Assembly (NCBI RefSeq): GCF_963921235.1
Contig: NC_086107.1
Coordinates: forward strand, 96,846,001 to 96,910,000
Length of the DNA stretch: 64,000 nucleotides
Source: Mobula hypostoma
Taxonomy: Eukaryota
Direction of reading: 5' to 3'
In this document: positions 49,553 through 62,600 of the stretch, in pieces
Layout: every line of letters starts with the position of its first letter
Position numbering within the stretch: the stretch's first letter is position 1
Made by a program: the position numbers and the translations under genes
Notes under the pieces: model-generated
Told to the model about the DNA's origin: nothing
Seen by the model: only the letters and a program-made list of their open reading frames with translations
Database searches by the model: none

Positions 49553-50974
49553 GTGATAAAGAGAATTATCTGTTAGGATGAGGCTTGATAATTCACTGTG
49601 ACAGTTGTATTCTGCTTTGTGGTATGTGTAGCTAATAGCAGAACTGTGAGATGTGAGCAGCTGACTGGACAATTCTCATGAAGTAGAACTAGGCCAAGAT
49701 CACAAATGGCCATAATTTGATGCAACAGATAAAATGCTGGAGGAAGTCAGCAGGTGAGACAGCATCTGTGGAGGGAAATAAACAGTTGATGTTTTGGTGC
49801 ATCTCATCTGGTTTCAACCTGAAGCATTATCTGTCCATTTCCCACCACAGATGCTGCCTGACCTGCTGTGTTCTGCAGCAGACTTTTTTTTTGAGCCAGA
49901 ATCCAGCATCTGCAGTCTTTTGTCTCTCCTTTGGGAAATTTGATATTAATTCCGGAAGGCTGCAATGTTCCTAGATGGAGGATGAATTGGGCTTGTCTTG
50001 GACCTTGTATTAGTGCAGGAGGTCAGAGTGAAATGGGAAATTACACTGGAGAGCAACTAGAAGCTCAGTTACTCTGAGGACTGAACACTGTTACTACGCA
50101 AACCAATCGTCTTATCCACATTTGTTTTCTGTAGTGTGTGTGTGTGGGGGGGGGTGAACACCACTTTCTGAACACCTACACCTACTGAAGTACACTAGAT
50201 TTGTAGAGGTACAAGTGAATCAGTGCTTCACTGAGACTGTTTTGAATTCCTGCATGCCGGGTAGGAAATGGGCGAAAGGGTACAGGACAGCTGAATGAGT
50301 CTAAATGTAATAGATGTTGTGGCTAGCTGCTCCCCTGAGACAGAGGGATCCAGAAAGGGAAAGGAGAAATCTCAGATGGACCATGTAGTAAGAGCACTTG
50401 GATTAGACTTGTGCTCAGCCGTTCAGACCTGAGGGTAAATTTGCTGTTAGTCTGGTATCATTCCTACTCATCATGGGCAATTTACACTGGCCAATTCACC
50501 TACCCACTGTTGTTAGACTGAATAGTTCACTAGTACAATTAGACAATCGCTTGACCTCCAAATCTACCTTATTTTCTTGTATCTTATTGTTTGTTTGCAC
50601 TGCATTTTCTCTAGCTGTTGCACTTCTTTCTGAATTCTGTTATTATTTTACCTCGATGCACTGTGTAATGATTTGATCTGTACAATATGCAAGACAGTCT
50701 TTTCACTGTAAATGTGACTGTTATAAACCAATTCCAATCTGCCTGTCTTTGAGAAGTGTGAGGAAGCCAGCACAGTCACAAGTAGAATGTGCAATCTCCA
50801 TGCGTGTTAGGTTGGGATTAAAATCTGGTTTCTGGCCTTGAGGCAGCAGCTGTGCCACCAATATTTTATTTAATGTTGTGAGGTGAAAATAGTTCTTCCT
50901 CAGATCTTTCTGAATCTGGAGAGTGGGTACTGAACATTGAGAGTAAGGGGGTGCAAGTACATAGTTCCTCAAAA

Positions 50975-52270
50975 GAAGCAAAGGTAGACAGAGTGGTGAT
51001 GGTGTATGGTATGTTTGCCGTCATTAGCTGAAGCTTGAGCATAAGAGTTGGGATGTCATCTTACAGTGGTGAGACACAATGTAACAATGAGGCAACACTT
51101 ACAGTACTGTGTGTAGTTCTAGTTGGAAGGATGTGATTTAGCTACAAACCGTATAGAGAAAATTCACAGTAATGTTACATTGATAGAGTTATAGGGAGAG
51201 ACTGGACAGGTTGGGATTGTTTTCCCTGGAATGAACAAGGCTCAGAGGTGATGTGGTTTAAAAAATTGGGGATAGTGAGTCAATGGTTAGTTTTTTTTCC
51301 CAGGGTAGGAGGCGCCTTAATCTATAGGGAATGGGTTTGAGTGATGGAAAAACTTTAAAGGGGATCTGAGGGGCAAGATTTTCATACAGAGGGTGGTGGA
51401 TATATAGAATGAACTGCCAGTAGAGGCGGGTGCAGTTACAATGTTTAAAAGGCAAGTACATGAATAAGAAAGCTTTAAGGGGATATGGAGAAAACAGGAT
51501 CTTGGTTGCATGGATGAATTGGGTTGAAGGGCCCATTACCATGCTGTACAACTCTGAATTTGTTTCAATACCATAAACTTGTACTCTCTGTGCCCCTTTT
51601 TCTTTGGAACAGAAGAGAAGACAGCAACCCAGCCTATTGATTCTGTTTGTATAGCTGGAATGCTCTGTTCCGGACAACAATCTGGTGAATGTTGTTTGCA
51701 CCATGTTGCATTCTTCCTACAGTATAGTGACCAGACCCGAACACATTTGTGGAGTAACCAATGTTTTATACAGTTGCTCCATAACCTCTCTGTTGTCATA
51801 TTCTCTTCATCAGTTTATGAATGCTAATATCCTATCTGCCTTTTTCACCTTATCAAAATCTAGAGGCCATAGGTTTAAGGTGAGTGGAAGGAGTTTTCAA
51901 TGTGACCGAAGGGACAACAATTTTTTTTTAACCAAGATACCGATATCTAAAATGTGCTGCAGGGGAGGTGGTGGCAGCAGATAAAATTACTACATTTAAA
52001 GGAAATTTAAACCAACACTTAAAAAACGATAGGAAAATGGTCTCAGATCAGGGAGATTAAAATGGGACAACACACACAAAAAATGCTGGTGAACGCAGTA
52101 GGCCAGACAGCGTCTATAGGAAGAGGTACAGTCGACGTTTCGGGCCGGGACCCTTCGTTAGGACTGTAAATGGGACATGACAAGTTATGAAGGGTATGGA
52201 ATAGATGGACAACTTTTCTCCCTCTCACAGGTGAACGAAACTAAAGGACAAAGATCTAGGATAAAGGATA
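50975..52270. mobile_element. Cluster of decayed CR1 3' fragments on both strands
   Basis: RT C-terminal and 3'UTR remnants (agagggtggtggatatatagaatgaactgcc; SRGHRFKV). Confidence 0.65.
52068..52167 (-). mobile_element. Penelope-derived short element; hammerhead core mutated (CUAACGA)
   Basis: acagtcctaacgaagggtcccggcccgaaacgtcgactgt on minus. Confidence 0.75.
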
Positions 52271-52279
52271 AGAGGTGTT

Positions 52280-53095
52280 TTGAAGGTACAATTTAATGTC
52301 AGAGAAATGTATACAATATACATCCTGAAATGTTTTTTCTTCTCAGGCATCCATGAGAAAAGAGGAGTGCCCCAATGAATGACAGTTAAATGTTAGAACC
52401 CCAAAGTCCCCCCCCCCACAGCTTCCCCCTCCCATGCATAGTGGCAGCGAGCAACAATTCCCTCTCCCCCACTGGCAAAGAAAAAGCATTGGCACTGCCA
52501 CCGAGTACTCAAGCATGAGCAAAGCAATACCAAAGACACAGACTTGCAGTTACCCCAAAGACTTCGCATTTCATCTGGTATTCGACATACTGCAGGTTCT
52601 TTTTCTCCCTAATATGGGAGAAAGAGATGTCTTCATTTTCTTAATAAGCAGGGAGACGTAACAAACAACTCGCTGGTTTATGATGTTAAAAGTCCGTTAC
52701 TTCGCTTTTTTCGAACTCTGTGCCTGAAGATTGCAAAAATCTTGGGTCTCCAGGCACACGGCAGATATCCCGACTCTCCCGACAACACATGGGTCTCCTA
52801 TTGTGACACTGACCCTCGATCCGCCCGTCTCCAGAGCTCCAAGATTCTATGCATCCGAATTCGAGCTGGACTCTTAGGCTGAGCCTTTGGCCTGCCAAAC
52901 GACGGCCAGTTATGGAACCCCGAGAGCGGGTCCCATTCCTGCAAGGAGCCGTAATCAACCTGTAATTCTGGATCAGGGTCGTCAAAAGAACCCTGAAAGG
53001 GAAAAATAGAGATATTAAAGATGGAAATAGAGCTGTTTCCAAAGATGCAAGCAGAGGAGTTGCCGTTGGATGCCATTAACCCTCCTAAGCTCCGC
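52280..53095 (-). repeat. Family B repeat, copy 2
   Basis: ttgcatctttggaaacagctctatttccatctttaatatc...gtatacatttctctgacattaaa on minus. Confidence 0.75.
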
Positions 53096-54149
53096 CTTCA
53101 TTTTTACCCAGCGAGTGGCATGTACCTGGAACATACTAATCTGATGAATGGTGGAAACAGAACTGTACAGCATTTACATTTCGAGACAAATACTTGTACA
53201 GAAGGCTACAAGTCAATGGAAGATAGGATTAATACAGATGAGTGCTCACTGGTTGATGAGATTGTGGTGGGTTGAAAGGCCTGTTTCCATGCTGATTGAC
53301 TCCAAGTCAAATAGGGATTGATTAGTGTGGTTGAGCAAAAACAGGATGGATATGGTGAGCTGAAGGGCCAGTCTTCGACTTTGCTGGTGCATTTAGAAAT
53401 AATTGGCATCAAGGCTCCTCTGCTCCTCAATTACAGCTTTAGGAACCAAGCTTTCATTATGTATATCCTAGCTGAATGCATCATCTTGCACTCATCAGGA
53501 TTAACTGCCATCTACCATTGCTGTCCCTGATGTATATTCCTGGCCATGTTGTGAGTCAGTCCAGGGCGGAGCTTGGGAATATACTTTTGGTCTCTTTGGC
53601 TTACTTAGATTGGCAGTCACATATGACTTAATTGTAGCTGTGCCCAGGGAATTTGCCTAATTTAGTAATCTTTTACAGAGAATTAATAACAAGAAATGGC
53701 AGATAAGCTGAATCAATACTCTGTGTCAGTCATCATGATAGAGGACACTGCAGACATTCCAAAGGTTTCTGATGAGCTGATTTCAATCACAGTAGAAGAA
53801 CTTGCAGCAATTATTACCATGTGGGATAACAATAGAGAAGGTAATTGGACTAAAAGTAGACAAGTCACCTTGTCCCCAGGGTCTGCACCTGACTGTTTTA
53901 AAGGAAGTGGCTGCAGAGATACTGGAGCTATTGGATGAGATTTTACAAAATTTGCCAAGTTCTGGGAAGATACCAACAGACTGGAAAACTTACTATTGCG
54001 TAAGCAAAGAAGACCAAAAATGGGTAACCATTGGCCTATTAGGTTAATATCTATTGGAAGGATGCTGGAGTCTATAATCAACCGGATATGGATAGTTTGA
54101 GTGAGTGGGCAAAACCTTGGCAAGTGAAGTTTAATGTGGGGTGGGGAAG

Positions 54150-55185
54150 TGTGAGCACAATCTTACCCTTAGTTCCAATCAACAAGCTACAAAACCTGGG
54201 CCTCTGTACCTCTCCCTGCAACTTGATCCTTGCCTTCCTCACTGGCAGACCACAGTCTCTGTGGATTGGAAATAATATCTTCTCACTGGCACATCTGAAG
54301 GATGTTTGATTAGCCCACTGCTCTACTCTCTCTACACTCACAGCTGTGTAGGTCGGCACAGCTTAAACGCTATCTATAAATTTGCCGATAACACAACTAT
54401 TGTTGGCAGAATTTCAGATGGTGACAAAGGCATACAGGCATGAGATAGAACAGCTGGTTTAAGTGGTGTCCCAGCAACAACCTTGCATTCAACATCAGTA
54501 ATACCAAAGAATTGATTGTTGACTTCAGGATGGGAAAGTCCAGGGAATACACACCAGTCCTCATCAAGGGATCAGAAGTGGATAGGGTGAACGGTTTCAA
54601 GTTCCTAGGTGTCAGTGTCTCTGAGGATCTATCCTGGGCCCAACATATTGATTGAATTACAAAGAAGGCATGACAGTGCCTCACTATTTCATTAGGAGTT
54701 TTAGGAGAATTGGTATGTCACCAAAGACACTCGCAAATTTCTACAGATGTACCATGGAGAACATTCTAACTGGTTGCATCATCTTCTGGTATGAGGTGGG
54801 GAGGGTCTATTGTACAGGATCGGAAAAAGCTGCAGAAAGTTATAAACTCTGCCAGCTCCATCATGGGCATTAGCCTGCCCAACATTCAGGACATCTTCAA
54901 AAGGCAATGCCTCAAAAAAGTGGCATTCATCATTAAGGCTCCCCATCACCCAAGACATGCCCTCTTCTCATTGCTACCATCAAGGAGGAGGTACAGGAGC
55001 CCGAAGGCATACTGTCAATGTTTTAGACATAGCTTTTTCTCCTCTGTCATCAGATTTCCTCAGTATTGTTTTCCTCTTTTTGTACTAATTTAATTTTCTT
55101 TTAATATATACTTATTGTAATTTATAGTTTAAATTATATATTGCAATGTACTGCTATGGCAAAACAACACAATGTATGCCAGTGG
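54150..55185 (+). mobile_element. Rex1/Babar RT 3' fragment, flanked by decayed CR1 pieces at 53680-54150 and 55200-56000
   Basis: LQNLGLCTSPCNLILAFLTGRPQ, KFADN, NFYRCTMENILTGCI. Confidence 0.8.
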
Positions 55186-56757
55186 TTCATGTATTTTGGT
55201 AAGAGCAATCTAAAAGCAGCTTGTCATCTAAATTGAGATGTGCAGAAAAGTGAAGTACAGAGGGAGCTGGGTGCTCTTGTGCATAAATTGGGAAAATACT
55301 ACAAGTGGTATTGCAGTTTGGCACATTGACCTTTATTGCAAGAGCGTTAGATTTAGAAATGGGTGTTAGTGAAACCATACCTGGAGTATAATGTGCAGTA
55401 AAGTTTTGGTTCCCTTATTTAAGTAAGGATATACTGACATTGGAGGAATTCTTAAACAGGTTACTTCCTAGGACAGAGGCACAAGAGACTGCAGATGCTC
55501 AAATTTGTAGCAAAAAATAAAGTGAGGAACTGGAGTGCTTCCACAGATGTTGCTCACCCTGTCAAGTTTGTTTAGCAGTTTTACTTAAATTTGTGCTGAG
55601 AAGATTATTCTATCCTAAGCAGTTAAATAGACCTCCTGTATATTCTTTAGTGTATAGAAAGATCAGGGATATTTTATCTAGTGGCATCTCATGGCTGGGT
55701 GTCAAGATATTTCCACTAATGGAGAATCTTGCACTAAAACATCATTACAAGATTAAATTAGATTCATTTAAAACGAGTGCAAAAATTCTTTTCTCAGAGG
55801 ATTGTGACTCTAAAATTCTTTATCCGGGAGTGTTGTTAAGTACCCCCAATGATCTAGCTTCCACAAGGACACATAAAACATTAAAAATTAGAAAATTGAG
55901 GGCTGTGGGGAGCAGTTGAGACCTGGGGAAGATCAGCCATGGCCATATTGAATGGCAAGACAGACTTGAGGGACCAGTTAGCTTCATTATGTTCTGTTGT
56001 TTAGTATGACATCTTGCTAATAAACAATCCCGGATGGTATGTCGACAGCCTAGTGAATGCTGCTATTCCTTAGCAATAGCCTCTGCTGACTAGGATGCAG
56101 CCGTCACTTTCACACCTCAGTGGCCATACTGCTCATCCCAGCTTGGCCACACGAACCTTCAACAGCAGTTGCAAGCAATTTATGAATTTGCGCCATCTGC
56201 AGTAAGGACGGGTTTATATCAGGTTCCAGATCAACATTACTGTCAGTAAAGTGTGTTTGTAGACATAATGACTCTTTCACTGCATGCTGGGAGCTCAGCA
56301 AGGTATCATTATACAGACAGACATTACATGAAGTTAGATGTTGATCACTCATAATACTGAATATGGGTCAGACTGGAGGAACAAGTGTCCTAGTTCTTCA
56401 TGACTGTGGCTTTGAATCAGCCTTTTGTCATCACTTTTCAAAAAATGAGGGCAGCTTTCTGTGTGATATTTTCTCATTTTGATATTGAGATGCTAGCAGT
56501 ATAACTGATTAACTAAATATTAGATAATTGCAAAAATCTTTCATCTCTTCACCTGTGTAGTGTTGTTTAGCCCAGGCAGATGGCTTGAAGTACAGTATAT
56601 TTACTGTACTAGTCAGTTGGTGCTAACAACTAAGAGTTAACAGTAACTGTAGATTTTCCTTCAGTAATTCAGTATTCATGGTTCTTTTCATTGAGGATAT
56701 TACCTAACCCCTGCCTACAGTTTCATTAGATAACGTAAAATATTACTTTTATTTTAG

Positions 56758-56856
56758 CCATTTAGCAAAACGTCTGCCATTACCAGTGGAAAATGAGCAC
56801 ACCCGGCCTCGGATAGACCTCATTGTATTCCTAATGGATATGCGCAGTCAGCATAG
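56758..56856 (+). CDS. CENPM: Centromere protein M, coding exon 3
   Basis: attttag|C CAT...CAT AG|gtgagt; 99 nt; HLAKRLPLPVENEHTRPRIDLIVFLMDMRSQH contains the CENP-M motif RPRIDLIVF; phase compatible with exon 2. Confidence 0.93.
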
Positions 56857-58375
56857 GTGAGTTGGAATGATTCTTGAAACCAGAACATCTTTGATCCATT
56901 TATGTATATCTGATAGGGGTACCGTTCCTAGAGAGCATGATTCACAGAGACTCAGTCCTCCTTTCCTGGCTTGTCTATCACTTGCCACCTCTTGCTTCTT
57001 CTCGCCCCCCTCACCTCTTTAAACAGACCATTTCTCCTGTACTTGTTTAGTTCAGATGAAGGCTTCTGACCCGAAACGGTGACTGAACATTTCCCTGCAC
57101 AGATGCTGCCTGACTCAGAGTTCTTCTGGCATCTTGTTTTCTGTTCCAGATTCCAGTATCTGCAGTTACTGTGTCTCAAACTGTTATTCCTTGACAGTAT
57201 CACCATTTTTAATCAAACACTTGTAAGCTGAAGAGGGATCCAAACCTCCTAATCTAACTCAATAGACATTGGTCGAGCACAGTTTACATCAATTATGTTG
57301 CTAACAGAGGAAATGGGAACTAGGGTTTCTTCAGTTTATGCCTTAACTTGGATTATTTTGAAATGTTTCTGCAACCTTTTTGTTGGAACAAGATGTAGCA
57401 TACTGAAGTCATAACATATTGGTTTATTCTTCATTTTATTGTTGTCTTTTGTGTACCAGCCAGCCAGGTAATTCCATACATAAGTACATCGTGGTAGTGA
57501 AAAGGAAAAGCAGAATGTAATGTTAGTTACAGAGAAAAGTATAGAGTAGGTAGGTAAATAAAGGACCAGGGCCACAATGTGGTAGTTTTGGAGATCAAGA
57601 GTTCATCTTTTAGCATTTGAGAGATCTGCTCAAGTGTCTGATAACAGCAGGATAGAAGCTGACCTTGAGTTTTGTGGTATGTCCTCTAAAGAGTTTGTAT
57701 CTTCTGCCCAGTGGGAGGAGAGAGACAGACTCAGTTTGAAGGGCCTTGATCTTTCCCCAAGGTAATGGAAAGTGTGAGGAGAAATCAGTGGAGGAGAGGC
57801 TGGTTTGCATGATCGACTGGGCTGCCTTCAACTCTATAATTTCTTGTGGTCATGGGCAAAGCAATTGCTATACAAAGCTGTGATGCATTCGTGTTATATT
57901 AACTACACATTGTCAGAATAAACCTCCCCACTGAATTGTTATTTTTATTTATTTGTTCTGATTTTCATTTCCTTTACTATTTGAATGTTATTTTAGCTTT
58001 ACTCCTAGCTTCTAAATAAACGTTCTAAGTAACAATCTCAGACTCGCACAATTATTATTAATATAAAAATCAAGTTTGTATTTTAGAGTAAATTTCATGG
58101 CCTTAGTCCAAAATGCTATTTGTTCAATTAAATGCTTTTGAACTGTTTTTTGTTGTCACTTTTTCCAGCACAGGTAATATTGAGCTAAATAACTAGTTGG
58201 TGGTGAATGTCAGCCAGGAGAGTACTGTTTGTGTCTAATTAGTGCTGTGTATTTATATCCTCATAGTTCACTGCTGTCAGTTTAAATTACATACTCTTGC
58301 TTTGAGACCTTGATTCCCTGTTCTTTTGATTTACCACATTAGTTCTATCATTGAGCCAAGGCAGATACAATGAAA

Positions 58376-58477
58376 CTGACGAAGGGTCTCGGCCTGAAAT
58401 GTTGACTGCACCTTTTCCTAGAGATGCTGCCTGGCCTGCTGAGTCCTGACGAAGGGTCTCGGCCTGAAACGTCGACT
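58376..58477 (+). ncRNA. Tandem pair of minimal hammerhead motifs (70-nt period)
   Basis: CUGACGA...GAAAUGUU at 58376 and AGUC-CUGACGA...GAAACGUC-GACU at 58442-58477. Confidence 0.72.
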
Positions 58478-58577
58478 GCACCTCTTCCTAGAGATGCTGC
58501 CTGGCCTGCTGCGTTCACCAGCAACTTCTATGTGTGTTGCTTGAATTTCCAGCATCTGCAGAATTCCTGTTGTTTAC
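58376..58577 (+). mobile_element. Penelope-derived short element with an internal tandem duplication
   Basis: Same tail as the 33108 and 59494 copies. Confidence 0.8.
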
Positions 58578-58749
58578 AATGAAACACATTGCATCAATAA
58601 GGTGGTGAATGTGGTATGATACTTCTACTTCAGTATAATCAGGCCCAGTACACTGAACTGTTGAAAGAGTCACTCTTTTTGTGGTGCTAGGATTATCTGA
58701 GTGTAGGTGGTATAGTTGTCTCATTTGCAATGTGCTTGAATGTTTGTCT

Positions 58750-59628
58750 TGTTGGAAACACCCCACCCCCACCCTTTTATCGGGCTTCTATAGAAAGTTG
58801 GCTAGTTAGCACTCTGCTTGCAGCCACTGGACTCAGAGGTGAGAAAGCTTCCTTTCTCGAACTCTAAGTCTAGGGTTGGTATGCCTTGGGTTTTACCAAA
58901 CTGGAAGGTTAAGTTTCGACCGCCTGAACCCCGAGCTGAGCAAATACTGCATAAATACTGCCCACATGCAATTATCTGTCAGCAAAAAATAACAGATCAT
59001 ACACCATATACAATTATAAAGAAGCTGTATTTACTAATGTCAGCTTAATTAAACAGTTATTAAGAGAAGAAAAAGAAGAAAAAGAAAAAAAAAGGGCCTA
59101 TTATAATTAAACCAGTCTAAATGAGCACAAAGTTTGAGCTCATACCTTACAAAATCTGGATAAGTCCCTTACTCACGGCACTGACTCCTCAGCACTGATC
59201 ACCAGTAGAACTTCCCGTCTTGAACTCCATCAAATCCGCTCTCCAGTTGAATCGAAACTTACAGCTATCTATCCTGATGATCTTTTTCCATCTCCCACCA
59301 GTGTCCGTCACAAAATCCTCTCCACTCAGCTTTCTCTAGAACCTTCTCTAGAACCTCCTCCTAAATCCACCATCTTGATTGGCTGATCCAACATTCCTAA
59401 GTTGAACATTACAGCCCCTTATCTTTACCTGAAACCCAAACACTAAGAGCAGAACACACTGATTCTACAGAAAGCTATTAACTGAAATACCCTCAACACA
59501 CATCAAAGTTGCTGGTGAATGCAGCAGGCCAGGCAGCATCTCTAGGAAGAGGTACAGTCGACGTTTCAGGCCGAGACCCTTCGTCAGGACTGAAATACCC
59601 TACAGCATTCACAGTAAAAATCTTAACA
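58750..59628 (-). repeat. Gypsy 3' LTR
   Basis: On minus, a polypurine tract AGGGGAGAA (59637-59629) is immediately followed by TGTTAAG. The candidate end ...TTCCAACA at 58750 gives TGTT/AACA termini but is less certain. Confidence 0.7.
59555..59592 (-). ncRNA. Minimal type I hammerhead ribozyme motif (Penelope-associated), intact
   Basis: CAGUC-CUGACGA-AGG-gucucgg-CCU-GAAAC-GUC-GACUG: stem I CAGUC/GACUG, conserved core, stem II, palindromic ACGU in place of stem III. Confidence 0.8.
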
Positions 59629-62600
59629 TTCTCCCCTACCAAAGGTAGTCATATCCTCATGACTTTGAATTTTATCAACCCATCATTAATAACAGTTTTC
59701 CAAAGAAATTTTGTGATGTGAAGGCCTCCAATCCATTTATAAATGGCAGTGACATATCTCATGCGGGCGATAGATGCAACACTTTATTCCTTCGGTACGT
59801 CATATGCCAGTTTATTTGGGGGTTTCCTGACTCTTTGAGGCCTTCTTATCCCATTTTCAGCTTCTTTAGCATCCATTATTCCTTGGGACCTTTCCTGTCT
59901 GCTTGGGGATGCCTCCCCAGTCCATTACTTGTGCCTTCTGACAACTCAGATCCCCCTATCACCTGAGCTCAGCTTCATCCCCAATTGCACTGGAGCCCAG
60001 CTTCCCTAATCTGTCTAGCATTGTGTCTGCCTGCCCTCTGCTAGTTCCCCCCACTATCTCGAAGTCAGTGGGAAGAGATTCAGGAATCTCCATCAATTCT
60101 TGGGGAATTTGCACGTTCAGCATCTAGCTCTCTACTATATAAGCCATAGACATCCTGCGGTCAGCCAACTTGTGCTTCCCTGGTAGCCCCAAGTTCCTTA
60201 TTAAAACTCTGTTACCAGGCATCAGTTGAGAGAATCTAAGGGTAATGTATACCACACCCCCATTTCCTCAGAGGCCATACAGCTTGCAGTGGGTAGGTCC
60301 TTTTTGGGTCTTTCCACTAATCGTCTTTTCCCCTCGTCCTGCGCAGAGTTTTCCTGCTAGGTGTAGGGTCCATGTTGGGCTCTGGGTCAACACGTACCTC
60401 CTGCCGTAGAGGTAAAAGGTGATTCCGGTGGAGAATTCTGACGGGACCATTCCCATCCTCTGGCTTCACCTTGAAACCTGGCACATTCAGCATCTGACTC
60501 TCTACTACATAAGGTGTAGACATCCAGCGGTCAGTCAACTTGTGCTTCCCTGGTAGCCCCAAGTTCTTTATTAAAACTCTGTCACCAGACATCAGTTGAG
60601 AGAATCTAATCTTTTGATCACATCTCCTTTCGTTTCCTTGATTTTGCTTGTTAGCAGAGCATAAGCATTTGCAGTTCTTTCCTCATGTCAGACATATACT
60701 TAAGATAAGTCTTCTGTGGCAAGTCTTCACCACCAGTCCCAAAACAGAGATCTACTGGCAATCTGGCTTCGTGCCTGAACATCAAGTAGTGTGGCAAGTG
60801 TCTAGTAGCTTCATTTTATAGTTCCTTCATTGTACAGTTATAGCAGTGAACCAAATACCCAATATGCTGACCCGACTTGCTCTTTTTGCTGATATCCAAA
60901 GTTCCAAGTCTGTCTAGCATTATCTGATTGAACCTTTCAGGCTGGGGATCACCCTGAGGATGATAGGGTGTGGTCCTCGACTTCACAACTCCAAGCATGC
61001 TCAGTAACACGTATGAGCCTACTCTCAAAATCCCTTCCCTGATCAGTGTATCCATCTTGGGAGGCCATAATGAACAAAATACTTTCCCATAATACTTTGG
61101 TGACTATGGATGCCATTTGATCCTTTGTGGGGAAGGCTTGAGGAGATCTGATATAGTGATCAGTAATGACCAAGACATTTGTCGTGATGCGGGTATCAGG
61201 CTCTGTGGAGAGGAAGTCCATACACACTAAATCAAGTGACACCCCACTCTATAAATTAGATAATGGAGCAACCCTTGTAGGCAGTGTCTTCCTCCGAATA
61301 CATCGAATGCACGACTTATAGTGCTGTTCAACCTCAGGCTTCATTCGGGGCCAATAGAACCGATCTTGGACCAATCATTTGGTCTTGTCAAACCCCAAAT
61401 GACCCGAATCATCATGAAGTGACTTCAGCACAATCCTCAATGCTTCTCAGGCAAAACCAACTTGGAATGCCAAGGCCTGTCCGGAGGAGATGTGACCCTG
61501 TATAAAACCAGGTTCCTCAGCTCCAGTTTTCTCCATTCCCTCATCGGTAGAGTAGGGTAGGGTGTTTCGTCTTTTCAGCTTGGGCCATATCCCCTTCAGT
61601 AACAGATGCCCAAATGGCACCTATGCAGGGGTCGCCTTGCTGGGTGATCGTCAATTCCGCAGGACTCAAGGCAAGGAACTGCCTTGTGTTCAGAGTCGTC
61701 AAGTTGCAATAACCTTGTGGAGTAGCCCAACCCGAAGCTCCCGAATGATCCCCAGCTCTACTCTGCCATAGCCTTGCCATTGGTTTCCCTGTGGCGGATA
61801 ACTGGCACATTCCCTTAACACCAAAGTCAGGAACGCTCTCCCACTCTGCCCATTTCCAGCACCTCATGCGAACATTGGGACAACACATCCACATCAGTGT
61901 TCCAGCTCCTTGGTCTATATTTCAAGCTGAACTCATGAGCTGACAACTCTGCCAACCATCGGTGACCTGTGGCATCCAACTTCGCTGAGGTCAAGATATA
62001 AGTCAGTAGACTGTTGTCAGTCCTCACCTTGAACTTGGTACGAAATAGATAGTCACTTATCTACCACAGCCCATTTCAATGCCAGGAACTCCAATTTGTG
62101 CATCGGATAGTTTCATTCGGAAGGTGACAGACTCTGGCTGATGAAAGCAACAAGTCTCAACCTTTTGCCCTGGTCCTGATATAGAACACTGCCCTAGACC
62201 CTCATGGCTGGCACTGGTGTGCAGGGCATACATGTATGGCAACTGGTGGTTTGCAAAGGCCAATACAGGTGCTTTAGTCAGCAGGTGGAAGGCTTCTTCA
62301 CATTTTGCATCCCATCTTTCTCTGAAAGACTAGAATAAATGTTGCCTTGTCCTTTTGTTCTCCTCCCTTTCTTCCCTAGGAGAGGGTACCCACCCAGAAG
62401 CTGATTCAAAGGGTGGCTTACTTTGGAGTAATCCTTCATGAATTTCCGGTAGTACCCACAGAATCCAAGGAAGGAGTGTAGAGCACTCACATTCTTGGGC
62501 CTTGGCCATGTGGTCACTGCCTCTATTTTGGACAGATTTGTAGCTACTCCATCCTGTGAGGCTATGTGCCAGACACAGTTGACTGATGTCTTGCAGAACT

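Noticed and set aside
58376..58510. CRISPR-like array
   Set aside because: Vertebrate context, only two units, near-identical sequence between the cores and no cas genes.
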